DNA of 62,843 bases, the filler included, from Sphacelaria rigidula (taxonomy: Eukaryota): NCBI GenBank assembly GCA_964200075.2. It is 5 parts of 5 records of this genome, joined end to end, with 100 filler letters (N's around TTAATTAATTAA, not from the genome) between each part and the next. Parts side by side here need not be neighbours in the genome. Positions count along the whole stretch, not along the records: positions 37,770 to 50,256 come from CAXNAA020003708.1; positions 50,357 to 62,843 come from CAXNAA020003709.1; 3 more parts are not named here. One strand, given 5' to 3'. Positions 49,335-61,499 of this stretch are shown here, in pieces. The notes beneath the pieces are model-generated. The model was not told the DNA's origin. It did not search any database and saw only the letters and a list, made by a program, of their open reading frames with translations. Made by a program: the position numbers and the translations under genes. Numbering within the stretch: position 1 is the first letter of the stretch; every line of letters begins with the position of its first letter.

Positions 49335-50108
49335 TCATTCCTCGCTTGTGGCGTCGAAACGGTTGCTCAGTGCATCAACCGTCTCGACCCCCTCCTCCTC
49401 GACGTCGCTTTCTGGTTTGTCCAGCCCGTGGTTGAACCCCCGATCTTCGTACTGGCCGTCAATCAACCCGAACAACTCCCCCAGTTGTAGGCCCATTAGC
49501 CTGTCCCTCTTCGTCTTGGGCTTTGCTTGTTTTTGCTCCGGTTGCTTGTAATGACCGAAGGGAATTCGATCTTGATCATGGGAGTAATTTCAGCCGCCCT
49601 CTGAGTCCTTGCTGCTGCAGTCTCGTCCATATGCGTGGTTTAAACACACCCCTAGCAAACGGATGGCGACGTCGCGCTCCCCCTTGGGCGCATTGTGGGC
49701 AGGGAGGAACCCGGTCGCCGGTGCCTCTCCTTGCGTGTCAAACTTGACACGCTTGGTGGGCTCAGCTGATTCTTCCCTCGGGCGCTTCTGTGCTCCACGA
49801 GTAGATGAGGATGCCCCGAAAGGCGTGCCGCCTCTTGGTGTTGACGCCTTTTGGTTGCTGAAGGCAGCAACAGAGTCAAAGTCTTGCCCTTGGTTTTCCT
49901 CCTCTGCTTCCTGCATGAGTCGCTTCTGAACTTCTACCAGCCCCGCGTATATGGGCTTCGGTGCGGGGCGTGTTAATGCTGCAGTAGTGCTGTTCATCGC
50001 CTCAGTAGATGTTCTAGAACATTCACAGTGACGTTGAATGGCCGATACAAATTCACTATATATATATGATACGTGCGGCGCCCTCGCTCCTTCATGTCGG
50101 GGCTGCAC
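49335..50108 (-). pseudogene. gag: gag C-terminal region of gypsy-2 with CCCH-like finger
   Basis: CLNHAYGRDCSSKDSEGG*NYSH; same frame as the downstream protease ORF. Confidence 0.55.
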
Positions 50109-50256
50109 GTGTCTCCATGGTGAACTGGTAAGGATCGGAAGTCGTCTTCTAAGGCTTTGTTGGGTGCTTGTAGTAACGTATGTGATACGATCTGTAACAG
50201 CAAATTGTGCGAATTGAGGTTTAACTCTGAATTGAGGCTCAAGTGGGCAACCCGAC

Positions 50257-50356
50257 NNNNNNNNNNNNNNNNNNNNNNNNNNNNNNNNNNNNNNNNNNNN
50301 TTAATTAATTAANNNNNNNNNNNNNNNNNNNNNNNNNNNNNNNNNNNNNNNNNNNN
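50257..50356. other. Artificial contig linker
   Basis: 100-bp N/TTAATTAATTAA spacer. Confidence 0.98.
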
Positions 50357-51609
50357 GTGTGGAAAGCACTGTTTTAGGCTTGAACCTCATCTCGGAGTTA
50401 AACCTCAATTCGCACAATTTGTTGTTATGGCTGTACACAAGATTCAGAACGTCAAATTGTTTTTTATCCAGCCTATTGATAATCTACAGCCGTTTTGAGG
50501 TAGGTGGCTGTGACAACTGTGACGTGCTGGCAGGTTGCGTGATGCTGCAGAACTCAGCATCATGCGGCGGAACTTCAAGGTCTTCGAGAAAATGGAATCC
50601 CGTGTGCCCTGTAGGCAGATCGGAGCCACTCTGGTAATGTGTGGAGATGAAGTACGCAATAAAACAAAAGTATTTCGGGCCGTGTGTGACGTGTAGGGTG
50701 AAGTCCTCGCAGAAAATCGGCGTACAGACATCACAACTGCTTGTATACCAACCAGCGGAGTCCTCGCTATCAATCCCAGGGGGTGTGCAATGCTCCGCAA
50801 TCAGCTTTGAATATCGTGAAGCACCGCATGCAGTCGATGTAAATGCAGTCAAATACCCTCAGTTAACAACTCGTACTTCAATCGCAACTCGTGACACGGT
50901 CCACTGTTTTTGGGCACAACGCTGGAGTGTACTGCGGTACTGTATGCTGTTCAGCATACACCAACACATGGGCGAATACGCGTGATAAGACGACTCAATC
51001 TACAGGCACCTGTTCAAGTGTTCCAATTACATACATTATCGCCGCTGAGCAGGTTCCAATTTTCAAATTGGTTGTCTGCTCATGCTATTCCAGATCCGGT
51101 GTTGGATTTCTGTGACAGAAAAACGAGCAGAACGTTTCGAGAACGTTTCAAAAAACAAACAGAACGTTTCAAGAACCGCTCAAAACATGACCCCATTAGC
51201 TGGAGTACAGGGTGGTACACTCAGCACAAGACAACTCTGCAGTGGTGTATGAAGTGCAAAGTACTACACTGAACACCAGACAACACGGCAGTTCTGCAGT
51301 GTTGTCTAGTTTTAGAACCTGAAGACGGACTGTATACAACAGTACGAGTATGCATCAGTATATCTTGTTGCAAAATTAATCTTGCCGTGGCCGCGAGCGC
51401 TGATGCCGATGCCAACGGCAGCAGCCGTCATGCTGAGTACCCTGACGGTGCAGTATATCCGTACTGTTCAAGGGAAACGGTAAGAACGTGGAAGAGGTGC
51501 TGACCGATTTTGTTTGTACACACTTACCCCTTCCACCGCGTTTGTTTTACTAGTCGTGGCGTGCTCACAGGCAATTTTCTAGTTGGTGTTCGGATGACAG
51601 CAAGCACAG

Positions 51610-52095
51610 ACAATACAGTAGTGCCACATTACAAGCACGAGCTGTACTCTGCGAGAACAAACAATACAGCAGCGCCAGGTTACAAGCACGGGCTGTACTC
51701 GCGAGCACAGTAGGCCGCTGTGCTTTGCCAATACAGTACAGTGCTACACCGTCTTCACGGTAGGGTTCGAGGCCACATGCAGATGCACGTACATGGCAGT
51801 GGTGGGTGCAGATGCAAAGGTGTATCACTACTGACTACGCGAAGGTTTTACTTTGTTTGTGAACGTCCGTAACGTGTCGCAGATTTTTTAACGTGGGCTC
51901 TCGAATTGTAGAAAGCAAAATTACAAAACGTGGGCTCTCGAATTAAAAAATACGAGGCGGGACTGGTCATCATAAAGGGTGAAGATGGATCGTTATTTTG
52001 TCTTGTATAGGTTACAAGCACAGCGGGATGCACTCGCGAGCGCAGTAGGTAGCCGTGCTTTGCCAGTAAAGTACGGTAGTATACCGCCTTCACTG
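51610..52095 (+). repeat. Local diverged direct repeats
   Basis: CAATACAG..TTACAAGCACG.GCTGTACTC twice (51611, 51662) and a third related block at ~52010; ACGTGGGCTCTCGAATT twice (~51891, 51928). Confidence 0.65.
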
Positions 52096-55000
52096 TCGCA
52101 CCCTTGCGCACGTGGAAGGACGTCATTCGGACTAGAATGATGGTGTCTGGAATTTGCGTGGTGCGATACGCGAGAGAATTGTCATCGTTAATCTATGGCC
52201 CTTACTTTCTTTCCATCCCTTCTTCTGCTTGTATGCCGTTCTTTTTCTTCATTGGGGGCGTACGTCTCTTCTGTCCCTTTTCCATTCCATTTCAATGTAA
52301 GAAAGGATATAGGAACATTGGAAGTGCGATGCGAAGCAGAGCAATCTTTGGTCTTACCAGTACACCAACAGTTAACCAAAGTTGAAGCTTGAGGATTCAA
52401 CGCCGATAAGGACTGTTGAGCAGAATCCGGTCCCGGTCATTGAAGCGTGAGGACGCCAACAGCAGGGAAGCTTCGACGAGAGTCACCATGATGCGAAACA
52501 AAAATCCAATACTCGCTAGCAAAACGAGAGGTAGTTACCGTGGGAGATATAGATTGGTCCCTTGAGACTTCTGATGCGTCCCGAGGCAAGGGAGTCGGGC
52601 CTTGAACGTGTGACGAAAAGGCAATGGCATCTCAACCCCAACAGACAAATGCGAACGCATGGTGGAAAGACATGCATCTGTACTGAAGAATAGAAACAAT
52701 CAGAGGTACCCAGTACCACCAGTGTCATTTAGTCCGCCTCAAACTCCTCGGTATTTTTGCGCTTGTTTCTGTTCACGCGTGGTTTTGACCTTCTTTTTAT
52801 CAACTGCACAGGCACAAGTGGTGGCGACAAAGCTCGCCGATCGAAGTCGAGCGACGGCGTCAGACACCTTATCTGCTATGCATGTGCACGGAGACATACC
52901 TCTGGATAGCTGCGTGTTTCGTCGCACTGAAGTCATGTCTAGATAGAGCGTGCAAGGAGATGGTGATTTTGCGATGGTAACGCTGAAACAGGACTGTTCA
53001 GTGAGCCCAGGAACCCGACATTCCATGATTTATGTCACTTATCCATACTCACGAAGGTATGTCACTATGTCCATGATGCGTACTTTGTTTTTGAGTAACA
53101 CGGACCTTTTCCCCATCTCTGAGAAATCTCTTCACTCGAACCAAATCGAATGGCACATCACGCTTTGCTCCAATTTGATGTCCTTGAGCCTACATCTGTG
53201 CTTTCCGCGTCGTATGCGCCAATTTGGCCATCTCAACGTCGTCCGTGAGGAACTGCGATATTGAGCCTTACTTCACTCCAAATTTCCATGGGAAAAACAC
53301 AACGGACAATCTTCATTGAGACATCGCTGGGGCGTTGTAGCCGCAGAAGTGCAAGCCGTTTCGCGGACTCGCGTATTTTCGCGGGAGCCCTTCATCACTG
53401 TGTAACTTTCATATGTGATATGGATATCCATCTGGGATGCCCATCTAGGTCGGAATGACAATATAAAGCAACTCAGGCACTCCCAGCGGAGATCAAACCG
53501 TCTCCACAAAGGCCTGAAGACGCCACATCGCAGCGACACCTACAGCACACAAGACAGAGCAAGAGTGTGTTTGTGCTGCAGCATAGTGGTACAGGACATA
53601 TCCCATTTGATAGTTCTTTCCCTGTTTCCGGGTGGGTCCTCGATTTTTGCCCAGTGGCGATTTTCAAACGCTCGGCCATAATCGCGCTTCGCGCGAAGAT
53701 ATTTCAACTAACTTTGAGTTACCCCTATCTGTGGGAAGTGAGCCGGTAAATTTGACCATGTACCTGTATTCTCCTGTTGCAGTTGTGATGGAACCCGTCA
53801 GGTCAGTAGCGACCGGTTGCAGGCGCTCTGTGACAGATGCAGAATCAGATGCCTTGGGGTGATTCCGTTGCGTGCTCAACGCCACCAAATACTTCCGTGG
53901 GGCGCATACCCACGTTGAATGTGTCAGATATCTCTGGATGCGTCAGGGAGATAATGGCGCGCCTACAGCGCTTCCATTGGAGGAACTTACTGCCTTCGAA
54001 GTTACTTATACTCTTGATGAGCTGTGCAACAGATGGCCCTTCTTGGTTATTGATCTGTTCCAACGTGCGAACATTTTTTTCACGTAAAAAGTGTCCAAGA
54101 AACAATCTGGATACTGGACTCTTCTCACTTTCGCTGCTGTGATGACCTTGATGGGACGTCTCCTCGCTGATGCCCAATTGTGAGGTCGCGAATCGAAGGC
54201 TCAAACCTTGTTGGAAAAGGCTCGCGTTGTGTGGCACTGTCTTCTGGACAGACCGACTACTATTGCACTGGACAGTAGTGGTGTGGTGGAGGTGCACCAG
54301 TGGTTGTTAGACGATTTTCAAGGAGGAAAGAAGACGATTTTCACGAATGATCAGGTGCCCGACACAAAATAAAAATCACAGTCTCTTTTCAAAGCAGAGA
54401 GCTGAAAGAAACGACGGAGAGTGATAGCGTTGGGGGCCGAGGTGGCTAAGCACAAGCATTCTCAATCCTGGAACAAAAAGCAAAGTCCGTACACACACGT
54501 AAGACCAGATCGTATCATACCATTCAACGCTGACGTGTTATTATAGCCTTGCCTGTTGGAAAACTCGTGACTTCTGAAGGAAAAAAAGATGTTGTATTAT
54601 TGAGACCTTGGTCCGGAGAGACAGGTCGCGAAAGTAGAGTGAGCACGGTAGGCGAGCTCGTGTCATCTACAACCAAGAAACTTTGGAAACCAAAGAACCA
54701 AAGACAGCTTCCGGAAACGTTCCGGGACCTCGGCAACGTTCTACATGGTTTCAGCAACGGAACTCGGACCAACGCACTTCCTCACGTACCACAAAATCTC
54801 TGGATGTTCCCCGCACCACAAATACCATGCTTGGACTAATGCAGAATCCACAAAGAGTAGTCCTACATAAGTAACAGAAAGGACAGCGAGCGTTCTTCGC
54901 AATTCTCAAATATGAGGCAGCTCAGCAATCTACAGATCGATAGTTCCGTTATTCAAATCGTCCAATCAGAGGTTCTACGCAAATCAGTCGATACTACGGC

Positions 55001-55585
55001 TGCTATCACGAACATTGCCAGCTCTCACACTACATCTACTGCAAGCTACGTGATCTAGCTACCTTGATACAGTACACTATTGTGTGACAAACCATGGCAA
55101 CACACTTCTTTGAGCTATGTGGCTAAACGTGAAGGATTTTTTCAAAGATAATCACGAAACGACACTACAGTACATGGTGCGTGGTTTAGTTGTATCCTCA
55201 CGAGCTGTACCGCTATTTGTTTTGAAGCCGAAATCCGAAACACGGAACATGCAGCCAGGCTACAGGCTGTGTGTAAAATATCCAAGAGGTGCCCTGTATC
55301 TCATCGGGAAAAAATGTAATAAATTTGCCGCACGATCGATCAGCCAACGGGCTGGCGGTATCCTTGCATAAATTTTGACACGACATACGCTGACAAACAC
55401 TCCCTGCGGCTCCTGAGCTTAGGGGCCCCGACATGACAAACCCTTGGTCCAAAACAGTGCATCCCCACCGTGGTATAGCTCCTTGACTAGCAGCTGGTGA
55501 ACGGCTGTAGGTTAAACGCTCTAGTTTTGTGTAACTCGTACTAACCACCCGTGTCCTTTTTACTGCCCCTATTTCGACGACACTA

Positions 55586-55945
55586 CTCGGCCCAGTGGCT
55601 GAGTTGGCAACCTCAAAACCTTGTGACGGCTGGGATGTGGGTTCGAATCTCGGTGAAGCCACACGATCTGGCATTTTTCTCACATGATGCTAATAGCGAA
55701 GGGCAGCTGCGTCGTGAGTACGCAAACTTCGACTTCACGGTCGACGAAGGTAAGGGACCGCTGAACTCTTCTCGCGATAAACGTCAGGCAAGCACCGCGG
55801 AAGTAAGGTGAAGTGCTAAAACAGGATAAGAAATGAAGGAAACTTCTGTGCTGGCTGTCCTCCTGTGTTATCCCGGCTGATGCGCCCACATACACCGAAA
55901 TATGTAGATTGGCGTCCATAACGGATAGGATAACATACACATAAT
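55586..55945 (+). mobile_element. tRNA-derived SINE
   Basis: A-box TGGCTGAGTTGG and B-box GGTTCGAATC (55640); body homologous to 18829-19196. Confidence 0.8.
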
Positions 55946-56191
55946 ATACTAGAATAATATTCTGTGAAATATGAAGCATCAGCGCTACAAATGGGACCAT
56001 GGACGATCAATCCACGGGGATGTCTCACTGGTACGAAAAAATGGGGAGCCCCACATCCATCCAGGAGGGTGGATTTTTGAGTACGGTATGATGCGGCTGA
56101 AATAATACGGAGTATCTGAAAAAACACCGTTTCATTTTTGTACGAATCCCTACACATATAGCCAGGATCCGTAATTCACGAAACACGATGT

Positions 56192-58490
56192 TGTTAAGGA
56201 ATACGTAGTATACCCTGTACTCTGTTAATTAGGTAGATTCACCAGTAGGCACGGTTTGTGAAGTGCGTTCCAGGAATAAGAGTTATTCGAAAAAAAGCGA
56301 CCTCGAGAATAGCGGCTGAATAGCAGGGGTGATTTCCCTAGCAATTTCTAGACGTCGAGAGATCGGAAGAACGAGGCAGGCAAAGCAGCTCCCCCTTTTG
56401 CTCCCTTCCCTCCGACTTCCTTCTGATAGCTAACTTACTGCTGCCCACGTCTACTCCTCGGTAAAGCATAGAATGCCGGGTATGTCTCCTCGTGTAAGTT
56501 AAGGATTGAGATCGACTGGGGACCATCACTCTTGTTCGATAATAAAAGGGCGTTTTTCTATCATGTCTATCATCGAGACACCCCCGACTGCTGTCTGGGC
56601 CTTCAATTGCTCCATCGTCTGAAACTGTGAGGCCGTGTTCACATCCATGCACCTCATCGAGTTAGACTACTTTATTAGGCTATAGTGTCTAATACCAACG
56701 GAGGTAGTCACTAGCTGTTTGGGATTTTACGGAAATCAAGAAAGATGGAGATGCGTTCGTCAAGTGCAGCGCAATCGGGAGAAGGCAATCTGTCAGACTT
56801 CATGACTGCTACACGAGCGATGATGCAACAGCAACAGAAGTGTCACCCACAAGTGCTGCAGCAAGTCCAGGCTCAGGGGTAACAACAGCAGCAAGCGCTG
56901 ATAGAAAGAATCCGGCATCAGCAGCAACAGCAGCAACAGCAGCAGCTTCCATTGCCTCGGTCCGCACCAGCGGACCCACGACAGGCCAGCGCCAAAATCG
57001 GTTCCAGAAATTCTCCGGAGAACCTCAAGACTGGACCGACTAGTCTCAAGCACACCGGGCTCAATTGACGGTGGTGGGATGCATCGATTTTCTTAGTGCC
57101 ACCGGCGACGAAGAAGTGAAAGAGGGCCAGGAGGAGTTCGACAGCAGCGGCATCGACCCAGACTCTCGAAGTATGGCCACTTGGGTGTGAGTTTCCATTC
57201 ATTTATTGTAAGGGAATCACCCTTAAGAGAGATTGTACAGTCCTCTGTTTCTCCTAACCAAGCCTGACGACGACAGGTGGAACACTACCACGCAAATGGG
57301 TAAGAGCGGAATAATGTCATCATGAAATTTTTACGGTTGAGAGGTAGAGCACTGGGAACACCGTCGGAAGTGCCTACTTAAAGTCGATCGCCTCGTTCGA
57401 GAATTCAAGCGCGTCGGAAGGCCCGTCGACGAAAAGGATATCGATATTGAAATCATATCGGGGTTGACAAGCTAGTACGGCACAAAGACTCGAATGCTCG
57501 AACATCCAGCCGACTGGCCCGATCGAGACTGGATCGAACGCACTATCCTCAACCAGTACGAGACGTTTGAGGGAGAAAAAACTGCTGCAGGCCCACACGC
57601 ACCCGTGACTACGAAGTCGGGTAGCGACAGATCTGCTTCCTTCTGCGTCCTCTGCTCCAAGCCCGGACACGACGCCACATCTTGCCGCAAATTTCAAGCT
57701 CCAACCGCCGGAAGGGCAATACCACACGGCGACACAACGCTGAAGACCGCAAGACACCCAACTCGGGATGTTTCTATTACGAAGGGCCACATCAGACTTT
57801 CGAGTGTCCAAATCGCCCCTAGTATACAGGCGCGAAAGACCGTCAGCGAGGCATGATGGCGACTGCGGACTTGACAGGCGCCCTCGATGACGGACTGCTG
57901 GCCAAGACTTCCACCACTTGCGGACTCATCGCCAAGAACAATCAAGACGACGAGTTCTGGGTAGCCGACGGCGAAGCAACGGAGAACATGACGTCAAGCG
58001 CCGCTAATCTACGACGCGACTACCACACGACCTCGAAGAACGACCGCGTGGAGACCGCCGACGGAAAATTCCTCCCCATCGCGGGATACGGCCGGCTACA
58101 CCTCGAAGTTGACCAAGACACCGGCGATTTCACTGGAACCACGGGGGACCTCGAGCTACACCGCGTGACTCATGTGCCTCAAGTGGGAAACCATAACCTG
58201 TTTTCGGTGACAAAACTGTCCAATTCACTCCACTCGCCCCTCCAAATGTACCCTGAAACCAGCACCATCAAAGCACTGCAGGAATCAAGGTCACTCACGT
58301 TTCGAAGGCTCCACCCCGAGAGCGACCTTCCAGTCATCCCACGACAGGGAGGGGGGGGGGGGGGGGGGGTTGTATGAAAAAAGGGGCGCAAAGGCGGAAC
58401 ANNNNNNNNNNAAAAACACACAAAAAAAAACAACAACACAGCCACGCCTCCCCCCCGCGGCGCCCCCCCCCCCGGGGGCCCCCCCCCGAA

Positions 58491-58524
<34 letters not shown>

Positions 58525-58716
58525 GATTGTATGACAAAAGAGGCTCATAGGCGTATCAGACGACCTGCCACACTCGCGGTGCGCTTGTATTTGGCTAAGA
58601 ACGATGCCAAGCAGTATGAATGAGCGTTATATATCTATCACAAGCTCGTTCAAACAACCGTTGCTGCTTTCAACGTCGACTTGACTTGGAATTTCGTACA
58701 AGAAGTGGCCCGAAAT

Positions 58717-58751
<35 letters not shown>

Positions 58752-60860
58752 ACCTCCCCCCCAAAACCCAAACACCCACACACCCAACCCCCACCACCCA
58801 CGACACCCACAACATCCTATTGTAGGACGACTCCTTCACGAGAACATTAGAAGCCCGGTTCAAAATCCGACATCATGGTTTCCACGATATACTCGGACAC
58901 CCCATCAAGGAGATCACGTCCGAGACTGCGAAGATGGCCAGCATACAGCTGACAGGCGAGTGGTGACTATGTGCGCCCTGCTCCGAATCGCGAGTTTGAC
59001 GCATTGCTGTGCCGAAGATCACAGACACGCGCGCTGATACGCGCGCTGGGTGATTCTGCATCGACCTCGCCGGACCCTCCGCGGACACATCGTTTTCCTG
59101 TAGCCGCTACGCAATGCTGTGTGTCGACGACTACAGCCGTTTCAAGTTTATACGGTTTCTGAAGAAGAAGGACGACATCACTGCGGCGCTTGGGGACATC
59201 CTCGCCACGCACATCACCCCTACTGGCATCAAGATCGGCATCATCCGTACTGACGGTGGAGGTGAATCCGAGGGGAAGTTTCAAGACCTCCTCCACGAGC
59301 TGGGTACCATGCGCGAGCGTAGGCCACCTCACACTCCTCAAACACATGATTTTACACATTGGGGATGGATTGTTTACTGGGGATGAGAACCCGGAGAATC
59401 GAAGTCTTCGTATCCACACCAAATCTTCGAAATATGGCTCCATTCCTTCACTTGCTGGTAGCTATTGACAGCTACTACACGCCATACAAATTTGGATTTC
59501 GTGACCGAAATGTTGGGGTCCTAGGTGAAAAACCAATTTTAGGGAATTTTGGTGATACAAATTTGGATTTCGATAACCGAAATGCTGGGGTCCTAGGTGA
59601 AAAACCAGTCTGGGGGTCCGATCGGATCACCAAAATTCCCCAAAATTGGTTTTTCACCTAGGACCCCAGCATTTCGGTTATCGAAATCCAAATTTGTATG
59701 GCGTGTAGTAGTTGTCAATGGCTACCAGCAAGTGAAGAACTGGAACCATATTTCGAAGATTTGGTGTGGATACGAATATTTCAATTCTCCGCGTTCTCAT
59801 CCTCAATAAAAAACCCACCCCCCAATTTGTATAGTCACGTGTTCTCAGTACAACGGGGGTCGCCGAATGAGCTCCCGGACTACTGCGCGACAAACTCTCA
59901 CCCTGGTTTGCAGCCTCAAGGAAGGAAAAATTAATCACCTCTCGACCGAAACCATGCAATACACCTGCGACATGACCAACAATAGCGTCACACCATCACT
60001 GGGCCGCGGACTCACGCCCTACGAGCTCTGGTATGGCCAGAAACCTTCCTTCACCGGGATTCTTCCGTTTGGCACCGGCGGCTACTTACGCCGGTACAAT
60101 CCACCACACAAGCTAGCCCCGGGCGGAAACGAGTGCATCCTGCTGGGCACTGCGATGGATCGCACATCGCTCATATACCGGGTGCGAGACTTCACCACCG
60201 GATCGGTGGTTCTGCGCCCTTCGAAGTCACCTGCACACGACGGGCTGATCGCCGCGAAGTCAGGGTGGAGAGGGCGGGGGTACAAGCACGCACCTTCACG
60301 CCGGTCGTTACCACCAATAACCTTTGAGACCATTGCCGAATACCCCGGCGAAGAAGAGACAGAGCTCGAGCCGGATATTTTCGAGCAGGAGGACGAAGAA
60401 ATACCTGATACAACAACCACCACGCCCACGTCCGCAGCTGTGCGCAACTTGGCAAGCTACCACACGGGCTAAACTCCAGCCATCCTACCGCGACGCACAC
60501 GTGGTGAAGGGCTAACCGCGCTGCTCAGTTCCACGATGAAAGCTCAGACCGTGGACATGAAAACCGGGAAGGTGGAGGATGCTATGATCAATAAGCAGCA
60601 GCCATCGTCACACTACCGAGCGAGCTACCAGAGACGCCAACACTGGGGCAGGCACAATTCAGTGGTTAGGAGCCTTGCAACGCGAGATGGAGGGACTACT
60701 CTCTCGCGGGGTTTGAGAAACGGTAGACCGCCCCAAAGGCAAAACTGTTCTTGGCACGAGGCTCGTCTTCGAGAGGAAGATCAACAAGGACGGCCAGATC
60801 GACAAGTACAAGATACCCGGTAGTCACTACCAGGAGTCCTCCTCTCCCAGACCTGTAGAC
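56192..60860 (+). mobile_element. Decayed Ty1/copia element (copia-2, same family as copia-1), truncated early in RT
   Basis: 5' LTR start TGTTAAGGAATACGTAGTATAC..AATTAGGTAGATTCAC matches the copia-1 LTR start. Q-rich gag N-terminus, CVLCSKPGHDATSC, WVADGEATENM, VDDYSR, RTDGGGE, ELWYG, RKINKDGQIDKYK. Confidence 0.9.
59341..59843. mobile_element. Foldback/MITE with ~215-bp TIRs inserted in the copia-2 integrase
   Basis: Arms ~59341-59555 and ~59627-59843 are reverse complements; 4-bp TSD CTCA; removal restores PPHTPQYNG. Confidence 0.9.
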
Positions 60861-61499
60861 CCCTCCTGGACTCAGAACAAGGTCACAAGACTGCTCCAAG
60901 GTCTTCCTCCCTCATTAGGACTTGGAGACTTCAAGACAGATGTTGTTCACAAAGACACAGTCTTCGTTATCGGAAGTGATCTGTTGCACCTCTGTGGACA
61001 TACATAATATCAGGCAGTCATAGTCGTACTCCAGAGAATATCGCATGACCTATTATCATGAGGTAAACCCCATATCCAAATCTCCTATATGAACATGCAG
61101 CTCATCATGCACTGCACGGGTACTAGAGGTGGACTACTCCACAGCACCGCCAAAACTCTGCACTACTCGACGTAGAAAGCGAGTTTGACAAACAGTAGAC
61201 ACCGACAATCACGTTCATGTCACCTTTGTCCGCCTGTTAATGACGCACGACCATGCAATGCCATATTCCACAAAGGAAAATGATGAGTTGCACAACCCTG
61301 AACATCGACACTCAAAGACAACGTCTCAATCGAAATCAGTGAAGTCAGTAATTCGGTCAACGGTAATTTCCAGGCATATTATACTCACACACAGCAAGCG
61401 CGATAAGCATGATACCATCTCAATCAGTAGCCTTCGATAACCTCATGTACTCAAAGCTTAATACCGTACTCTGCCTACAAACGTGCCAGCACCTTTTAC

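Larger units (their letters stand above)
42247..50108 (-). mobile_element. Ty3/gypsy LTR retrotransposon (gypsy-2) carrying a DNMT-like domain; 5' end missing
   Basis: gag, PR (VLLDT), RT (LRLCQDYR, WLDD), RH (SDAS, EREVVAV, TDCSAL, DALSR), extra ~300-aa domain, IN (HTKHGH..CGC, VDRAT, SDAG, GAVER, WTGPW), chromo-like and Tudor-like tail. Confidence 0.93.

Noticed and set aside
50175-50430. Inverted repeat spanning the linker
   Set aside because: The halves are on different contigs; probably the same high-copy repeat at two contig ends.
58345-58810. Poly-G/poly-C tracts and Pro/Gly-rich ORFs
   Set aside because: Homopolymer runs around an N gap; probably low-quality sequence.
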